Shown piece by piece: positions 15,201-31,400 of a stretch of 64,000 nucleotides of DNA. Origin of the DNA: Eledone cirrhosa (taxonomy: Eukaryota). The first letter of the stretch is position 1; every line of letters starts with the position of its first letter. Both the position numbers and the translations under genes were made by a program. The stretch is taken from positions 254,386,001 to 254,450,000 of the forward strand of contig OZ024741.1 of the NCBI GenBank assembly GCA_964016885.1. Reading direction: 5' to 3'. The notes under the pieces were generated by a model. That model was not told the origin of the DNA. It did not search any database and saw only the letters and a list, made by a program, of their open reading frames with translations.

Positions 15201-18200
15201 GCACTGACAGAGAAAGCAGCAACAACAACAACACTGGCACTGACAGAGAAAACAGCAACAACAACAACACCGGCACTGACACAGAAAACAGCAACAACTA
15301 CAACAACACTGGCACGGAAAACAGCAACAACAGCAACAACAACACTGGCACTGACAGAGAAAACAGCAACAACAGCAACAACACTGGCACTGACACAGAA
15401 AACAGCAACAACAGCAACAACCGTGGCACTGACACAGAAAACAGCAACAACAGCAACAATAACACTGGCACTGGCACAGAAAACAGCAACAGCAACACTG
15501 GAACTGACACAGAAAACAGCAACAGTAACAACAACAACTCTGGCACTGACACAAAAAACAGCAACAACTACAACAACACTGGCACGGAAAACAGCAACAA
15601 CAGCAACAACAACACTGGCACTGACACAGAAAACAGCAACAACAGCAACAACAACACTGGAACTGACACAGAAAACAGCAACAGTAACAACAACAACTCT
15701 GGCACTGACACAGAAAACAGCAACAACAACAACACTGGCACTGACAGTGAAAATAGCAACAGCAACAACACTGGCACTGACAGTGAAAATAGCAACAGCA
15801 ACAACACTGGCACTGACAGAGAAAACAGCAACAACAACAACACTGGCACTGACACAGAAAACAGCAACAACAACAACACTGGCACTGACAGAGAAAACAG
15901 CAACAACTACAACACTGGGACTGACAGAGAAAACAGCAACAACTACAACAACACTGGCACTGACACAGAAAACAACAACAACTACAACAACACTGGCACT
16001 GACAGAGAAAACAGCAACATCTACAACAACACTGTCACTGACAGAGAAAACAGCAACAACAGCAACAACACTGGCACTGACACAGAAAACAGCAACAACT
16101 ACAACAACACTGGCACTGACACAGAAAACAGCAACAACAGCAACAACAACACTGGCACTGACACAGAAAACAGCAACAACAACAGTGGCACTGACACAGA
16201 AAACAGCAACAACTACAACAACACTGGCACTGACAGAGAAAACAGCAACAACAACAACACTGGCACTGACAGAGAAAACAGCAACAACAACAACACCGGC
16301 ACTGACACAGAAAACAGCAACAACTACAAAAACACTGGCACTGACAGAGAAAACAGCAACAACTACAACAACACTGGCACTGACACAGAAAACAGCAACA
16401 ACTACAACAACACTGGCACTGACACAGAAAACAGCAACAACTACAACAACACTGGCACTGACACAGAAAACAGCAACAACAACAACACTGGCACTGATAG
16501 AGAAAACAGCAACAACAACAACACTGGCACTGACAGAGAAAACAGCAACAACAACAACACCGGCACTGACACAGAAAACAGCAACAACTACAACAACACT
16601 GGCACGGAAAACAGCAACAACAGCAACAACAACTCTGGCACTGACACAGAAAACAGCAACAACAGCAACAACACTGGCACTGACACAGAAAACAGCAACA
16701 ACAGCAACAACCGTGGCACTGACACAGAAAACAGCAACAACAGCAACAATAACACTGGCACTGGCACAGAAAACAGCAACAGCAACACTGGAACTGACAC
16801 AGAAAACAGCAACAGTAACAACAACAACTCTGGCACTGACACAGAAAACACCAACAACAACAACACTGGCACTGACAGTGAAAATAGCAACAGCAACAAC
16901 ACTGGCACTGACAGAGAAAACAGCAACAACTACAACAACACTGGCACTCACAGAGAAAACAGCAACAACTACAACAACACTGGCACTGACACAGAAAACA
17001 GCAACAACTACAACAACACTGGCACTGACACAGAAAACAGCAACAACTACAACAACACTGGCACTGACAGAGAAAACAGCAACAACTACAACAACACTGG
17101 CACTGACACAGAAAACAGCAACAACATCAACAACACTGGCACTGACACAGAAAACAGCAACAACAACAACAACACTGGCACTGACACAGAAAACAGCAAC
17201 AACTACAACAACACTGGCACTGACAGAGAAAACAGCAACAACTACAACAACACTGGCACTGACAGAGAAAACAGCAACAACTACAACAACACTGGCACTG
17301 ACACAGAAAACAGCAACAACTACAACAACACTGGCACTGACAGAGAAAACAGCAACAACAACAACAACACTGGCACTGACACAGAAAACAGCAACAACAA
17401 CAACACTGGCACTGACAGTGAAAATAGCAACAACAACAACACTGGCACTGACAGAGAAAACAGCAACAACAACAACACTGGCACTGACACAGAAAACAGC
17501 AACAACAACACTGGCACTGACACAGAAAACAGCAACAACTACAACAACACTGGCACTGACACAGAAAACAGCAACAACTACAACAACACTGGCACTGACA
17601 GTGAAAACAGCAACAACTACAACAACATTGGCACTGACAGAGAAAACAGCAACAACAACAACACCGGCACTGACACAGAAAACAGCAACAACTACAAAAA
17701 CACTGGCACTGACAGAGAAAACAGCAACAACTACAACAACACTGGCACTGACAGAGAAAGCAGCAACAACAACAACACTGGCACTGACACAGAAAACAGC
17801 AACAACTACAACAACACTGGCACTGACAGAGAAAACAGCAACAACTACAACAACACTGGCACTGACAGAGAAAACAGCAACAGCAACAACACTGGCACTG
17901 GCACAGAAAACAGCAACAACAGCAACAACACTGGCACTGACACAGAAAACAGCAACAACAGCAACAACAACACTGGCACTGCCACAGAAAACAGCAACAA
18001 CAACAATACTGGCACTGACAGAGAAAACAGCAACAACAACACTGGCACTGACAGAGAAAACAGCAACAACAACACTGGCACTGACACAAAAAACAGCAAC
18101 AACAGCAACAACAACAGTGGCACTGACACAGAAAACAGCAACAACAGCAACAATAACACTGGCACTGGCACAGAAAACAGCAACAGCAACAACAACAACA

Positions 18201-20060
18201 ACACTGGCACTGACAGAGAAAACAGCAACAACTACAACACTGGCACTGACAGAGAAAACAGCAACAACAACAACAACACGGGCACTGACAGAGAAAACAG
18301 CAACAACTACAACAACACTGGCACTGACACAGAAAACAGCAACAACTACAACAAAACTGGCACTGACAGAGAAAACAGCAACAATTACAACAACACTGGA
18401 ACTGACGGAGAAAACAGCAACAACAACAACACTGGCACTGACACAGAAAACAGCAACAACTACAACAACACTGGCACTGACAGAGAAAACAGCAACAACT
18501 ACAACAACACTGGCACTGACACAGAAAACAACAACAACTACAACAACACTGGCACTGACACAGAAAACAGCAACAACAACAACATTGGCACTGACACAGA
18601 AAACAGCAACAACTACAACAACACTGGCACTGACAGAGAAAACAGCAACAACTACAACAACACTGGCACTGACAGAGAAAACAGCAACAACTACAACAAC
18701 ACTGGCACTGACAGAGAAAACAGCAACAACTACAACAACACTGGCACTGACACAGAAAACAGCAACAACTACAACAAACTGGCACTGACACAGAAAACAG
18801 CAACAACTACAACAACACTGGCACTGACACAGAAAACAGCAACAACAACAACAACACTGGCACTGACAGAGAAAACAGCAACAACAACAACACCGGCACT
18901 GACACAGAAAACAGCAACAACAACAACACTGTCACTGACACAGAAAACAGCAACAACTACAACAACACTGGCACTGACAGAGAAAACAGCAACAACTACA
19001 ACAACACTGGCACTGACACAGAAAACAGCAACAACTACAACAACACTGGCACTGACAGAGAAAACAGCAACAACAACAACACTGGCACTGACATAGAAAA
19101 CAGCAACAACTACAACAACACTGGCACTGACAGAGAAAACAGCAACAACTACAAAAACACTGGCACTCACAGAGAAAACAGCAACAACTACAACAACACT
19201 GGCACTGACACAGAAAACAGCAACAACTACAACAACACTGGCACTGTCACAGAAAACAGCAACAACTACAACAACACTGGCACTGACACAGAAAACAGCA
19301 ACAACAACAACACTGGCACTGACAGAGAAAACAGCAACAACAACACTGGCACTGACAGAGAAAACAGCAACAACAACAACACTGGCACTGACAGAGAAAA
19401 CATCAACAACAACAACACCGGCACTGACACAGAAAACAGCAACAACTACAACAACACTGGCACTGACAGAGAAAACAGCAACAACAACACTGGCACTGAC
19501 ATAGAAAACAGCAACAACAACATTGGCACTGACAGAGAAAACAGCAACAACAACAACACTGGCACTGACACAGAAAACAGCAACAACAACAGTGGCACTG
19601 ACACAGAAAACAGCAACAACTACAACAACACTGGCACTGACAGAGAAAACAGCAACAACAACAACACTGGCACTGACACAGAAAACAGCAACAACTACAA
19701 CAACACTGGCACTGACAGAGAAAACAGCAACAACTACAACAACACTGGCACTGACAGAGAAAACAGCAACAACAACAACACTGGCACTGACACAGAAAAC
19801 AGCAACAACTACAACAACACTGGCACTGACAGAGAAAACAGCAACAACTACAACAACACTGGCACTGACAGAGAAAACAGCAACAGCAACAACACTGGCA
19901 CTGACACAGAAAACAGCAACAACAGCAACAACAACACTGGCACTGACACAGAAAACAGCAACAACAGCAACAACAACACTGGCACTGACACAGAAAACAG
20001 CAACAACAACAACACTGGCACTGACAGAGAAAACAGCAACAACAACACTGCCACTGACAC
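10860..20060 (+). repeat. Dispersed duplication of a ~2.8 kb block (~10.9-13.6 kb and ~17.3-20.05 kb), offset ~6424-6463 bp
   Basis: ORF pairs 11421/17845 and 13096/19523; frameshift monomer 12351/18775; TAG 12667/19094. Confidence 0.8.
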
Positions 20061-21990
20061 AGAAAACAGCAACAACAGCAACAATAACACTGGCACTGGC
20101 ACAGAAAACAGCAACAGCAACAACAACAACAACACTGGCACTGACAGAGAAAACAGCAACAACTACAACACTGGCACTGACAGAGAAAACAGCAACAACA
20201 ACAACAACACGGGCACTGACAGAGAAAACAGCAACAACTACAACAACACTGGCACTGACACAGAAAACAGCAACAACTACAACAAAACTGGCACTGACAG
20301 AGAAAACAGCAACAATTACAACAACACTGGAACTGACGGAGAAAACAGCAACAACAACAACACTGGCACTGACACAGAAAACAGCAACAACTACAACAAC
20401 ACTGGCACTGACAGAGAAAACAGCAACAACTACAACAACACTGGCACTGACACAGAAAACAACAACAACTACAACAACACTGGCACTGACACAGAAAACA
20501 GCAACAACAACAACATTGGCACTGACACAGAAAACAGCAACAACTACAACAACACTGGCAATGACAGAGAAAACAGCAACAACTACAACAACACTGGCAC
20601 TGACAGAGAAAACAGCAACAACTACAACAACACTGGCACTGACAGAGAAAACAGCAACAACTACAACAACACTGGCACTGACACAGAAAACAGCAACAAC
20701 TACAACAAACTGGCACTGACACAGAAAACAGCAACAACTACAACAACACTGGCACTGACACAGAAAACAGCAACAACAACAACACTGGCACTGACAGAGA
20801 AAACAGCAACAACAACAACACCGGCACTGACACAGAAAACAGCAACAACAACAACACTGTCACTGACACAGAAAACAGCAACAACTACAACAACACTGGC
20901 ACTGACAGAGAAAACAGCAACAACTACAACAACACTGGCACTGACACAGAAAACAGCAACAACTACAACAACACTGGCACTGACAGAGAAAACAGCAACA
21001 ACAACAACACTGGCACTGACATAGAAAACAGCAACAACTACAACAACACTGGCACTGACAGAGAAAACAGCAACAACTACAACAACACTGGCACTCACAG
21101 AGAAAACAGCAACAACTACAACAACACTGGCACTGACACAGAAAACAGCAACAACTACAACAACACTGGCACTGACACAGAAAACAGCAACAACTACAAC
21201 AACACTGGCACTGACACAGAAAACAGCAACAACAACAACACTGGCACTGACAGAGAAAACAGCAACAACAACACTGGCACTGACAGAGAAAACAGCAACA
21301 ACAACAACACTGGCACTGACAGAGAAAACATCAACAACAACAACACCGGCACTGACACAGAAAACAGCAACAACTACAACAACACTGGCACTGACAGAGA
21401 AAACAGCAACAACAACACTGGCACTGACAGAGAAAACAGCAACAACAACATTGGCACTGACAGAGAAAACAGCAACAACAACAACACTGCCACTGACACA
21501 GAAAACAGCAACAACAACAGTGGCACTGACACAGAAAACAGCAACAACTACAACAACACTGGCACTGACAGAGAAAACAGCAACAACAACAACACTGGCA
21601 CTGACACAGAAAACAGCAACAACTACAACAACACTGGCACTGACAGAGAAAACAGCAACAACTACAACAACACTGGCACTGACAGAGAAAACAGCAACAA
21701 CAACAACACTGGCACTGACACAGAAAACAGCAACAACTACAACAACACTGGCACTGACAGAGAAAACAGCAACAACTACAACAACACTGGCACTGACAGA
21801 GAAAACAGCAACAGCAACAACATTGGCACTGACACAGAAAACAGCAACAACAGCAACAACAACACTGGCACTGACACAGAAAACAGCAACAACAGCAACA
21901 ACAACACTGGCACTGACACAGAAAACAGCAACAACAACAACACTGGCACTGACAGAGAAAACAGCAACAACAACACTGCCACTGACAGAG
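18130..21990 (+). repeat. Higher-order tandem duplication, period ~1930 bp
   Basis: Frameshift monomer 18775/20706, TAG 19094/21022, AAAACATCAAC ~19400/21328, TTG-start ORFs 19523/21451. Confidence 0.85.
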
Positions 21991-24900
21991 AAAACAGCAA
22001 CAACAACAACACTGGCACTGACACAGAAAACAGCAACAACAACAGTGGCACTGACACAGAAAACAGCAACAACTACAACAACACTGGCACTGACAGAGAA
22101 AACAGCAACAACAACAACACTGGCACTGATACAGAAAACAGAAACAACTACAACAACACTGGCACTGACAGAGAAAGCAGCAACAACTACAACAACACTG
22201 GCACTGACAGAGAAAACAGCAACAACAACAACACTGGCACTGACAGAGAAAACAGCAACAACAACAACACCGGCACTGACACAGAAAACAGCAACAACTA
22301 CAACAACACTGGCACGGAAAACAGCAACAACAGCAACAACAACACTGGCACTGACAGAGAAAACAGCAACAACAGCAACAACACTGGCACTGACACAGAA
22401 AACAGCAACAACAGCAACAACCGTGGCACTGACACAGAAAACAGCAACAACAGCAACAATAACACTGGCACTGGCACAGAAAACAGCAACAGCAACACTG
22501 GAACTGACACAGAAAACAGCAACAGTAACAACAACAACTCTGGCACTGACACAGAAAACAGCAACAACAACAACACTGGCACTGACAGTGAAAATAGCAA
22601 CAGCAACAACACTGGCACTGACAGTGAAAATAGCAACAGCAACAACACTGGCACTGACAGAGAAAACAGCAACAACAACAACACTGGCACTGACACAGAA
22701 AACAACAACAACAACAACACTGGCACTGACAGAGAAAACAGCAACAACTACAACAACACTGGCACTGACACAGAAAACAACAACAACTACAACAACACTG
22801 GCACTGACAGAGAAAACAGCAACAACTACAACAACACTGTCACTGACAGAGAAAACAGCAACAACAGCAACAACACTGGCACTGACACAGAAAACAGCAA
22901 CAACTACAACAACACTGGCACTGACACAGAAAACAGCAACAACAGCAACAACAACACTGGCACTGACACAGAAAACAGCAACAACAACAGTGGCACTGAC
23001 ACAGAAAACAGCAACAACTACAACAACACTGGCACTGACAGAGAAAACAGCAACAACAACAACACTGGCACTGACAGAGAAAACAGCAACAACAACAACA
23101 CCGGCACTGACACAGAAAACAGCAACAACTACAAAAACACTGGCACTGACAGAGAAAACAGCAACAACTACAACAACACTGGCACTGACACAGAAAACAG
23201 CAACAACTACAACAACACTGGCACTGACACAGAAAACAGCAACAACTACAACAACACTGGCACTGACACAGAAAACAGCAACAACAACAACACTGGCACT
23301 GATAGAGAAAACAGCAACAACAACAACACTGGCACTGACAGAGAAAACAGCAACAACAACAACACCGGCACTGACACAGAAAACAGCAACAACTACAACA
23401 ACACTGGCACGGAAAACAGCAACAACAGCAACAACAACTCTGGCACTGACACAGAAAACAGCAACAACAGCAACAACACTGGCACTGACACAGAAAACAG
23501 CAACAACAGCAACAACCGTGGCACTGACACAGAAAACAGCAACAACAGCAACAATAACACTGGCACTGGCACAGAAAACAGCAACAGCAACACTGGAACT
23601 GACACAGAAAACAGCAACAGTAACAACAACAACTCTGGCACTGACACAGAAAACACCAACAACAACAACACTGGCACTGACAGTGAAAATAGCAACAGCA
23701 ACAACACTGGCACTGACAGAGAAAACAGCAACAACTACAACAACACTGGCACTCACAGAGAAAACAGCAACAACTACAACAACACTGGCACTGACACAGA
23801 AAACAGCAACAACTACAACAACACTGGCACTGACACAGAAAACAGCAACAACTACAACAACACTGGCACTGACAGAGAAAACAGCAACAACTACAACAAC
23901 ACTGGCACTGACACAGAAAACAGCAACAACATCAACAACACTGGCACTGACAGAGAAAACAGCAACAACAACAACACTGGCACTGACACAGAAAACAGCA
24001 ACAACTACAACAACACTGCCACTGACAGAGAAAACAGCTACAACTACAACAACACTGGCACTGACAGAGAAAACAGCAACAACTACAACAACACTGGCAC
24101 TGACACAGAAAACAGCAACAACTACAACAACACTGGCACTGACAGAGAAAACAGCAACAACAACAACAACACTGGCACTGACACAGAAAACAGCAACAAC
24201 AACAACACTGGCACTGACAGTGAAAATAGCAACAACAACAACACTGGCACTGACAGAGAAAACAGCAACAACAACAACACTGGCACTGACACAGAAAACA
24301 GCAACAACAACACTGGCACTGACACAGAAAACAGCAACAACTACAACAACACTGGCACTGACACAGAAAACAGCAACAACTACAACAACACTGGCACTGA
24401 CAGTGAAAACGGCAACAACTACAACAACATTGGCACTGACAGAGAAAACAGCAACAACAACAACACCGGCACTGACACAGAAAACAGCAACAACTACAAC
24501 AACACTGGCACTGACAGAGAAAACAGCAACAACTACAACAAAACTGGCACTGACAGAGAAAACAGCAACAACAACAACACTGGCACTGACAGAGAAAACA
24601 GCAACAACAACACTGGCACTGACAGAGAAAACAGCAACAACAACAACACTGGCACTGACAGAGAAAACATCAACAACAACAACACCGGCACTGACACAGA
24701 AAACAGCAACAACTACAACAACACTGGCACTGACAGAGAAAACAGCAACAACAACACTGGCACTGACAGAGAAAACAGCAACAACAACATTGGCACTGAC
24801 AGAGAAAACAGCAACAACAACAACACTGGCACTGACACAGAAAACAGCAACAACAACAGTGGCACTGACACAGAAAACAGCAACAACTACAACAACACTG

Positions 24901-27900
24901 GCACTGACAGAGAAAACAGCAACAACAACAACACTGGCACTGACACAGAAAACAGCAACAACTACAACAACACTGGCACTGACAGAGAAAACAGCAACAA
25001 CTACAACAACACTGGCACTGACAGAGAAAACAGCAACAACAACAACACTGGCACTGACACAGAAAACAGCAACAACTACAACAACACTGGCACTGACAGA
25101 GAAAACAGCAACAACTACAACAACACTGGCACTGACAGAGAAAACAGCAACAGCAACAACATTGGCACTGACACAGAAAACAGCAACAACAGCAACAACA
25201 ACACTGGCACTGACACAGAAAACAGCAACAACAGCAACAACAACACTGGCACTGACACAGAAAACAGCAACAACAACAACACTGGCACTGACAGAGAAAA
25301 CAGCAACAACAACACTGCCACTGACAGAGAAAACAGCAACAACAACAACACTGGCACTGACACAGAAAACAGCAACAACAACAGTGGCACTGACACAGAA
25401 AACAGCAACAACTACAACAACACTGGCACTGACAGAGAAAACAGCAACAACAACAACACTGGCACTGATACAGAAAACAGAAACAACTACAACAACACTG
25501 GCACTGACAGAGAAAGCAGCAACAACTACAACAACACTGGCACTGACAGAGAAAACAGCAACAACAACAACACTGGCACTGACAGAGAAAACAGCAACAA
25601 CAACAACACCGGCACTGACACAGAAAACAGCAACAACTACAACAACACTGGCACGGAAAACAGCAACAACAGCAACAACAACTCTGGCACTGACACAGAA
25701 AACAGCAACAACAGCAACAACACTGGCACTGACACAGAAAACAGCAACAACAGCAACAACCGTGGCACTGACACAGAAAACAGCAACAACAGCAACAATA
25801 ACACTGGCACTGGCACAGAAAACAGCAACAGCAACACTGGAACTGACACAGAAAACAGCAACAGTAACAACAACAACTCTGGCACTGACACAGAAAACAC
25901 CAACAACAACAACACTGGCACTGACAGTGAAAATAGCAACAGCAACAACACTGGCACTGACAGTGAAAATAGCAACAGCAACAACACTGGCACTGACAGA
26001 GAAAACAGCAACAACAACAACACTGGCACTGACACAGAAAACAACAACAACAACAACACTGGCACTGACAGAGAAAACAGCAACAACTACAACAACACTG
26101 GCACTGACACAGAAAACAACAACAACTACAACAACACTGGCACTGACAGAGAAAACAGCAACAACTACAACAACACTGTCACTGACAGAGAAAACAGCAA
26201 CAACAGCAACAACACTGGCACTGACACAGAAAACAGCAACAACTACAACAACACTGGCACTGACACAGAAAACAGCAACAACAGCAACAACAACACTGGC
26301 ACTGACACAGAAAACAGCAACAACAACAGTGGCACTGACACAGAAAACAGCAACAACTACAACAACACTGGCACTGACAGAGAAAACAGCAACAACAACA
26401 ACACTGGCACTGACAGAGAAAACAGCAACAACAACAACACCGGCACTGACACAGAAAACAGCAACAACTACAAAAACACTGGCACTGACAGAGAAAACAG
26501 CAACAACTACAACAACACTGGCACTGACACAGAAAACAGCAACAACTACAACAACACTGGCACTGACACAGAAAACAGCAACAACTACAACAACACTGGC
26601 ACTGACACAGAAAACAGCAACAACAACAACACTGGCACTGATAGAGAAAACAGCAACAACAACAACACTGGCACTGACAGAGAAAACAGCAACAACAACA
26701 ACACCGGCACTGACACAGAAAACAGCAACAACTACAACAACACTGGCACGGAAAACAGCAACAACAGCAACAACAACTCTGGCACTGACACAGAAAACAG
26801 CAACAACAGCAACAACACTGGCACTGACACAGAAAACAGCAACAACAGCAACAACCGTGGCACTGACACAGAAAACAGCAACAACAGCAACAATAACACT
26901 GGCACTGGCACAGAAAACAGCAACAGCAACACTGGAACTGACACAGAAAACAGCAACAGTAACAACAACAACTCTGGCACTGACACAGAAAACACCAACA
27001 ACAACAACACTGGCACTGACAGTGAAAATAGCAACAGCAACAACACTGGCACTGACAGAGAAAACAGCAACAACTACAACAACACTGGCACTCACAGAGA
27101 AAACAGCAACAACTACAACAACACTGGCACTGACACAGAAAACAGCAACAACTACAACAACACTGGCACTGACACAGAAAACAGCAACAACTACAACAAC
27201 ACTGGCACTGACAGAGAAAACAGCAACAACTACAACAACACTGGCACTGACACAGAAAACAGCAACAACATCAACAACACTGGCACTGACAGAGAAAACA
27301 GCAACAACAACAACACTGGCACTGACACAGAAAACAGCAACAACTACAACAACACTGGCACTGACAGAGAAAACAGCTACAACTACAACAACACTGGCAC
27401 TGACAGAGAAAACAGCAACAACTACAACAACACTGGCACTGACACAGAAAACAGCAACAACTACAACAACACTGGCACTGACAGAGAAAACAGCAACAAC
27501 AACAACAACACTGGCACTGACACAGAAAACAGCAACAACAACAACACTGGCACTGACAGTGAAAATAGCAACAACAACAACACTGGCACTGACAGAGAAA
27601 ACAGCAACAACAACAACATTGGCACTGACACAGAAAACAGCAACAACAACACTGGCACTGACACAGAAAACAGCAACAACTACAACAACACTGGCACTGA
27701 CACAGAAAACAGCAACAACTACAACAACACTGGCACTGACAGTGAAAACGGCAACAACTACAACAACATTGGCACTGACAGAGAAAACAGCAACAACAAC
27801 AACACCGGCACTGACACAGAAAACAGCAACAACTACAACAACACTGGCACTGACAGAGAAAACAGCAACAACTACAACAAAACTGGCACTGACAGAGAAA
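21240..27900 (+). repeat. Higher-order tandem duplication, period 3339 bp
   Basis: ORF pairs 21776/25115, 22298/25637, 23393/26732 and 24122/27461 are all exactly 3339 apart. Shared private variants AGCTACAAC ~24035/27374 and AAACGGCAAC ~24408/27747. Confidence 0.93.
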
Positions 27901-28499
27901 ACAGCAACATCAACAACACTGGCACTTAGACAGAAAACAGCAACAACTACAACAACACTGGCACTGACAGAGAAAACAGCAACAACTACAACAACACTGG
28001 CACTGACAGAGAAAACAGCAACAGCAACAACACTGGCACTGGCACAGAAAACAGCAACAACAGCAACAACACTGGCACTGACACAGAAAACAGCAACAAC
28101 AGCAACAACAACACTGGCACTGACACAGAAAACAGCAACAACAACAACACTGGCACTGACAGAGAAAACAGCAACAACAACACTGGCACTGACAGAGAAA
28201 ACAGCAACAACAACACTGGCATTGACACAGAAAACAGCAACAACAGCAACAACAACAGTGGCACTGACACAGAAAACAGCAACAACAGCAACAATAACAC
28301 TGGCACTGGCACAGAAAACAGCAACAGCAACAACAACAACAACACTGGCACTGACAGAGAAAACAGCAACAACTACAACACTGGCACTGACAGAGAAAAC
28401 AGCAACAACAACAACAACACGGGCATTGACAGAGAAAACAGCAACAACTACAACAACACTGGCACTGACACAGAAAACAGCAACAATTACAACAACACT

Positions 28500-31400
28500 G
28501 GCACTGACAGAGAAAACAGCAACAACAACAACACTGGCACTGACACAGAAAACAGCAACAACTACAACAACACTGGCACTGACAGAGAAAACAGCAACAA
28601 CTACAACAACACTGGCACTGACACAGAAAACAACAACAACTACAACAACACTGGCACTGACACAGAAAACAGCAACAACAACAACACTGGCACTGACACA
28701 GAAAACAGCAACAACTACAACAACACTGGCACTGACAGAGAAAACAGCAACAACTACAACAACACTGGCACTCACAGAGAAAACAGCAACAACTACAACA
28801 ACACTGGCACTGACAGAGAAAACAGCAACAACTACAACAACACTGGCACTGACACAGAAAACAGCAACAACTACAACAAACTGGCACTGACACAGAAAAC
28901 AGCAACAACTACAACAACACTGGCACTGACACAGAAAACAGCAACAACAACAACACTGGCACTGACAGAGAAAACAGCAACAACAACAACACTGGCACTG
29001 ACAGAGAAAACAGCAACAACAACAACACTGGCACTGACACAGAAAACAGCAACAACAACAACACTGTCACTGACACAGAAAACAGCAACAACTACAACAA
29101 CACTGGCACTGACAGAGAAAACAGCAACAACTACAACAACACTGGCACTGACACAGAAAACAGCAACAACTACAACAACACTGGCACTGACAGAGAAAAC
29201 AACAACAACAACAACACTGGCACTGACATAGAAAACAGCAACAACTACAACAACACTGGCACTGACAGAGAAAACAGCAACAACTACAACAACACTGGCA
29301 CTCACAGAGAAAACAGCAACAACTACAACAACACTGGCACTGACACAGAAAACAGCAACAACTACAACAACACTGGCACTGACACAGAAAACAGCAACAA
29401 CTACAACAACACTGGCACTGACACAGAAAACAGCAACAACAACAACACTGGCACTGACAGAGAAAACAGCAACAACAACAACACTGGCACTGACAGAGAA
29501 AACAGCAACAACAACAACACCGGCACTGACACAGAAAACAGCAACAACTACAACAACATTGGCACTGACAGAGAAAACAGCAACAACAACACTGGCACTG
29601 ACAGAGAAAACAGCAACAACAACATTGGCACTGACAGAGAAAACAGCAACAACAACAACACTGGCACTGACACAGAAAACAGCAACAACAACAGTGGCAC
29701 TGACACAGAAAACAGCAACAACTACAACAACACTGGCACTGACAGAGAAAACAGCAACAACAACAACACTGGCACTGACACAGAAAACAGCAACAACTAC
29801 AACAACACTGGCACTGACAGAGAAAACAGCAACAACTACAACAACACTGGCACTGACAGAGAAAACAGCAACAGCAACAACACTGGCACTGACACAGAAA
29901 ACAGCAACAACAGCAACAACAACACTGGCACTGACACAGAAAACAGCAACAACAGCAACAACAACACTGGCACTGACACAGAAAACAGCAACAACAACAA
30001 CACTGGCACTGACAGAGAAAACAACAACAACAACACTGCCACTGACAGAGAAAACAGCAACAACAACACTGGCACTGACACAGAAAACAGCAACAACAAC
30101 AGTGGCACTGACACAGAAAACAGCAACAACAACAACACTGGCACTGATACAGAAAACAGAAACAACTACAACAACACTGGCACTGACAGAGAAAGCAGCA
30201 ACAACTACAACAACACTGGCACTGACAGAGAAAACAGCAACAACAACAACACTGGCACTGACAGAGAAAACAGCAACAACAACAACACCGGCACTGACAC
30301 AGAAAACAGCAACAACTACAACAACACTGGCACGGAAAACAGCAACAACAGCAACAACAACACTGGCACTGACACAGAAAACAGCAACAACAGCAACAAC
30401 ACTGGCACTGACACAGAAAACAGCAACAACAGCAACAACCGTGGCACTGACACAGAAAACAGCATCAACAGCAACAATAACACTGGCACTGGCACAGAAA
30501 ACAGCAACAGCAACACTGCAACTGACACAGAAAACAGCAACAGTAACAACAACTCTGGCACTGACACAGAAAACAGCAACAACAACAACACTGGCACTGA
30601 CAATGAAAATAGCAACAGCAACAACACTGGCACTGACAGTGAAAATAGCAACAGCAACAACACTGGCACTGACAGAGAAAACAGAAACAACAACAACACT
30701 GGCACTGACACAGAAAACAGCAACAACAACAACACTGGTACTGACAGAGAAAACAGCAACAACTACAACACTGGCACTGACAGAGAAAGCAACAACAACA
30801 ACAACAACACTGGCACTGACAGAGAAAACAGCAACAACTACAACAACACTGGCACTGACACAGAAAACAGCAACAACTACAACAACACTGGCACTGACAC
30901 AGAAAACAGCAACAACTTCAACAACACTGGCACTGACAGAGAAAACAGCAACAACAACAACACTGGCACTGACACAGAAAACAGCAACAACTACAACAAC
31001 ACTGGCACTGACAGAGAAAACAGCAACAACTACAACAACACTGGCACTGACAGAGAAAACAGCAACAACTACAACAACACTGGCACTGACACAGAAAACA
31101 GCAACAACTACAACAACACTGGCACTGACAGAGAAAACAGCAACAACTACAACAACACTGGCACTGACAGAGAAAACAGCAACAGCAACAACACTGGCAC
31201 TGACACAGAAAACAGCAACAACAGCAACAACAACAACACTGGCACTGACACAGAAAACAGCAACAACAACAGTGGCACTGACACAGAAAACAGCAACAAC
31301 TACAACAACACTGGCACTGACAGAGAAAACAGCAACAACAACAACACTGTCACTGCTACAGAAAACAGAAACAACTACAACAACACTGGCACTGACAGAG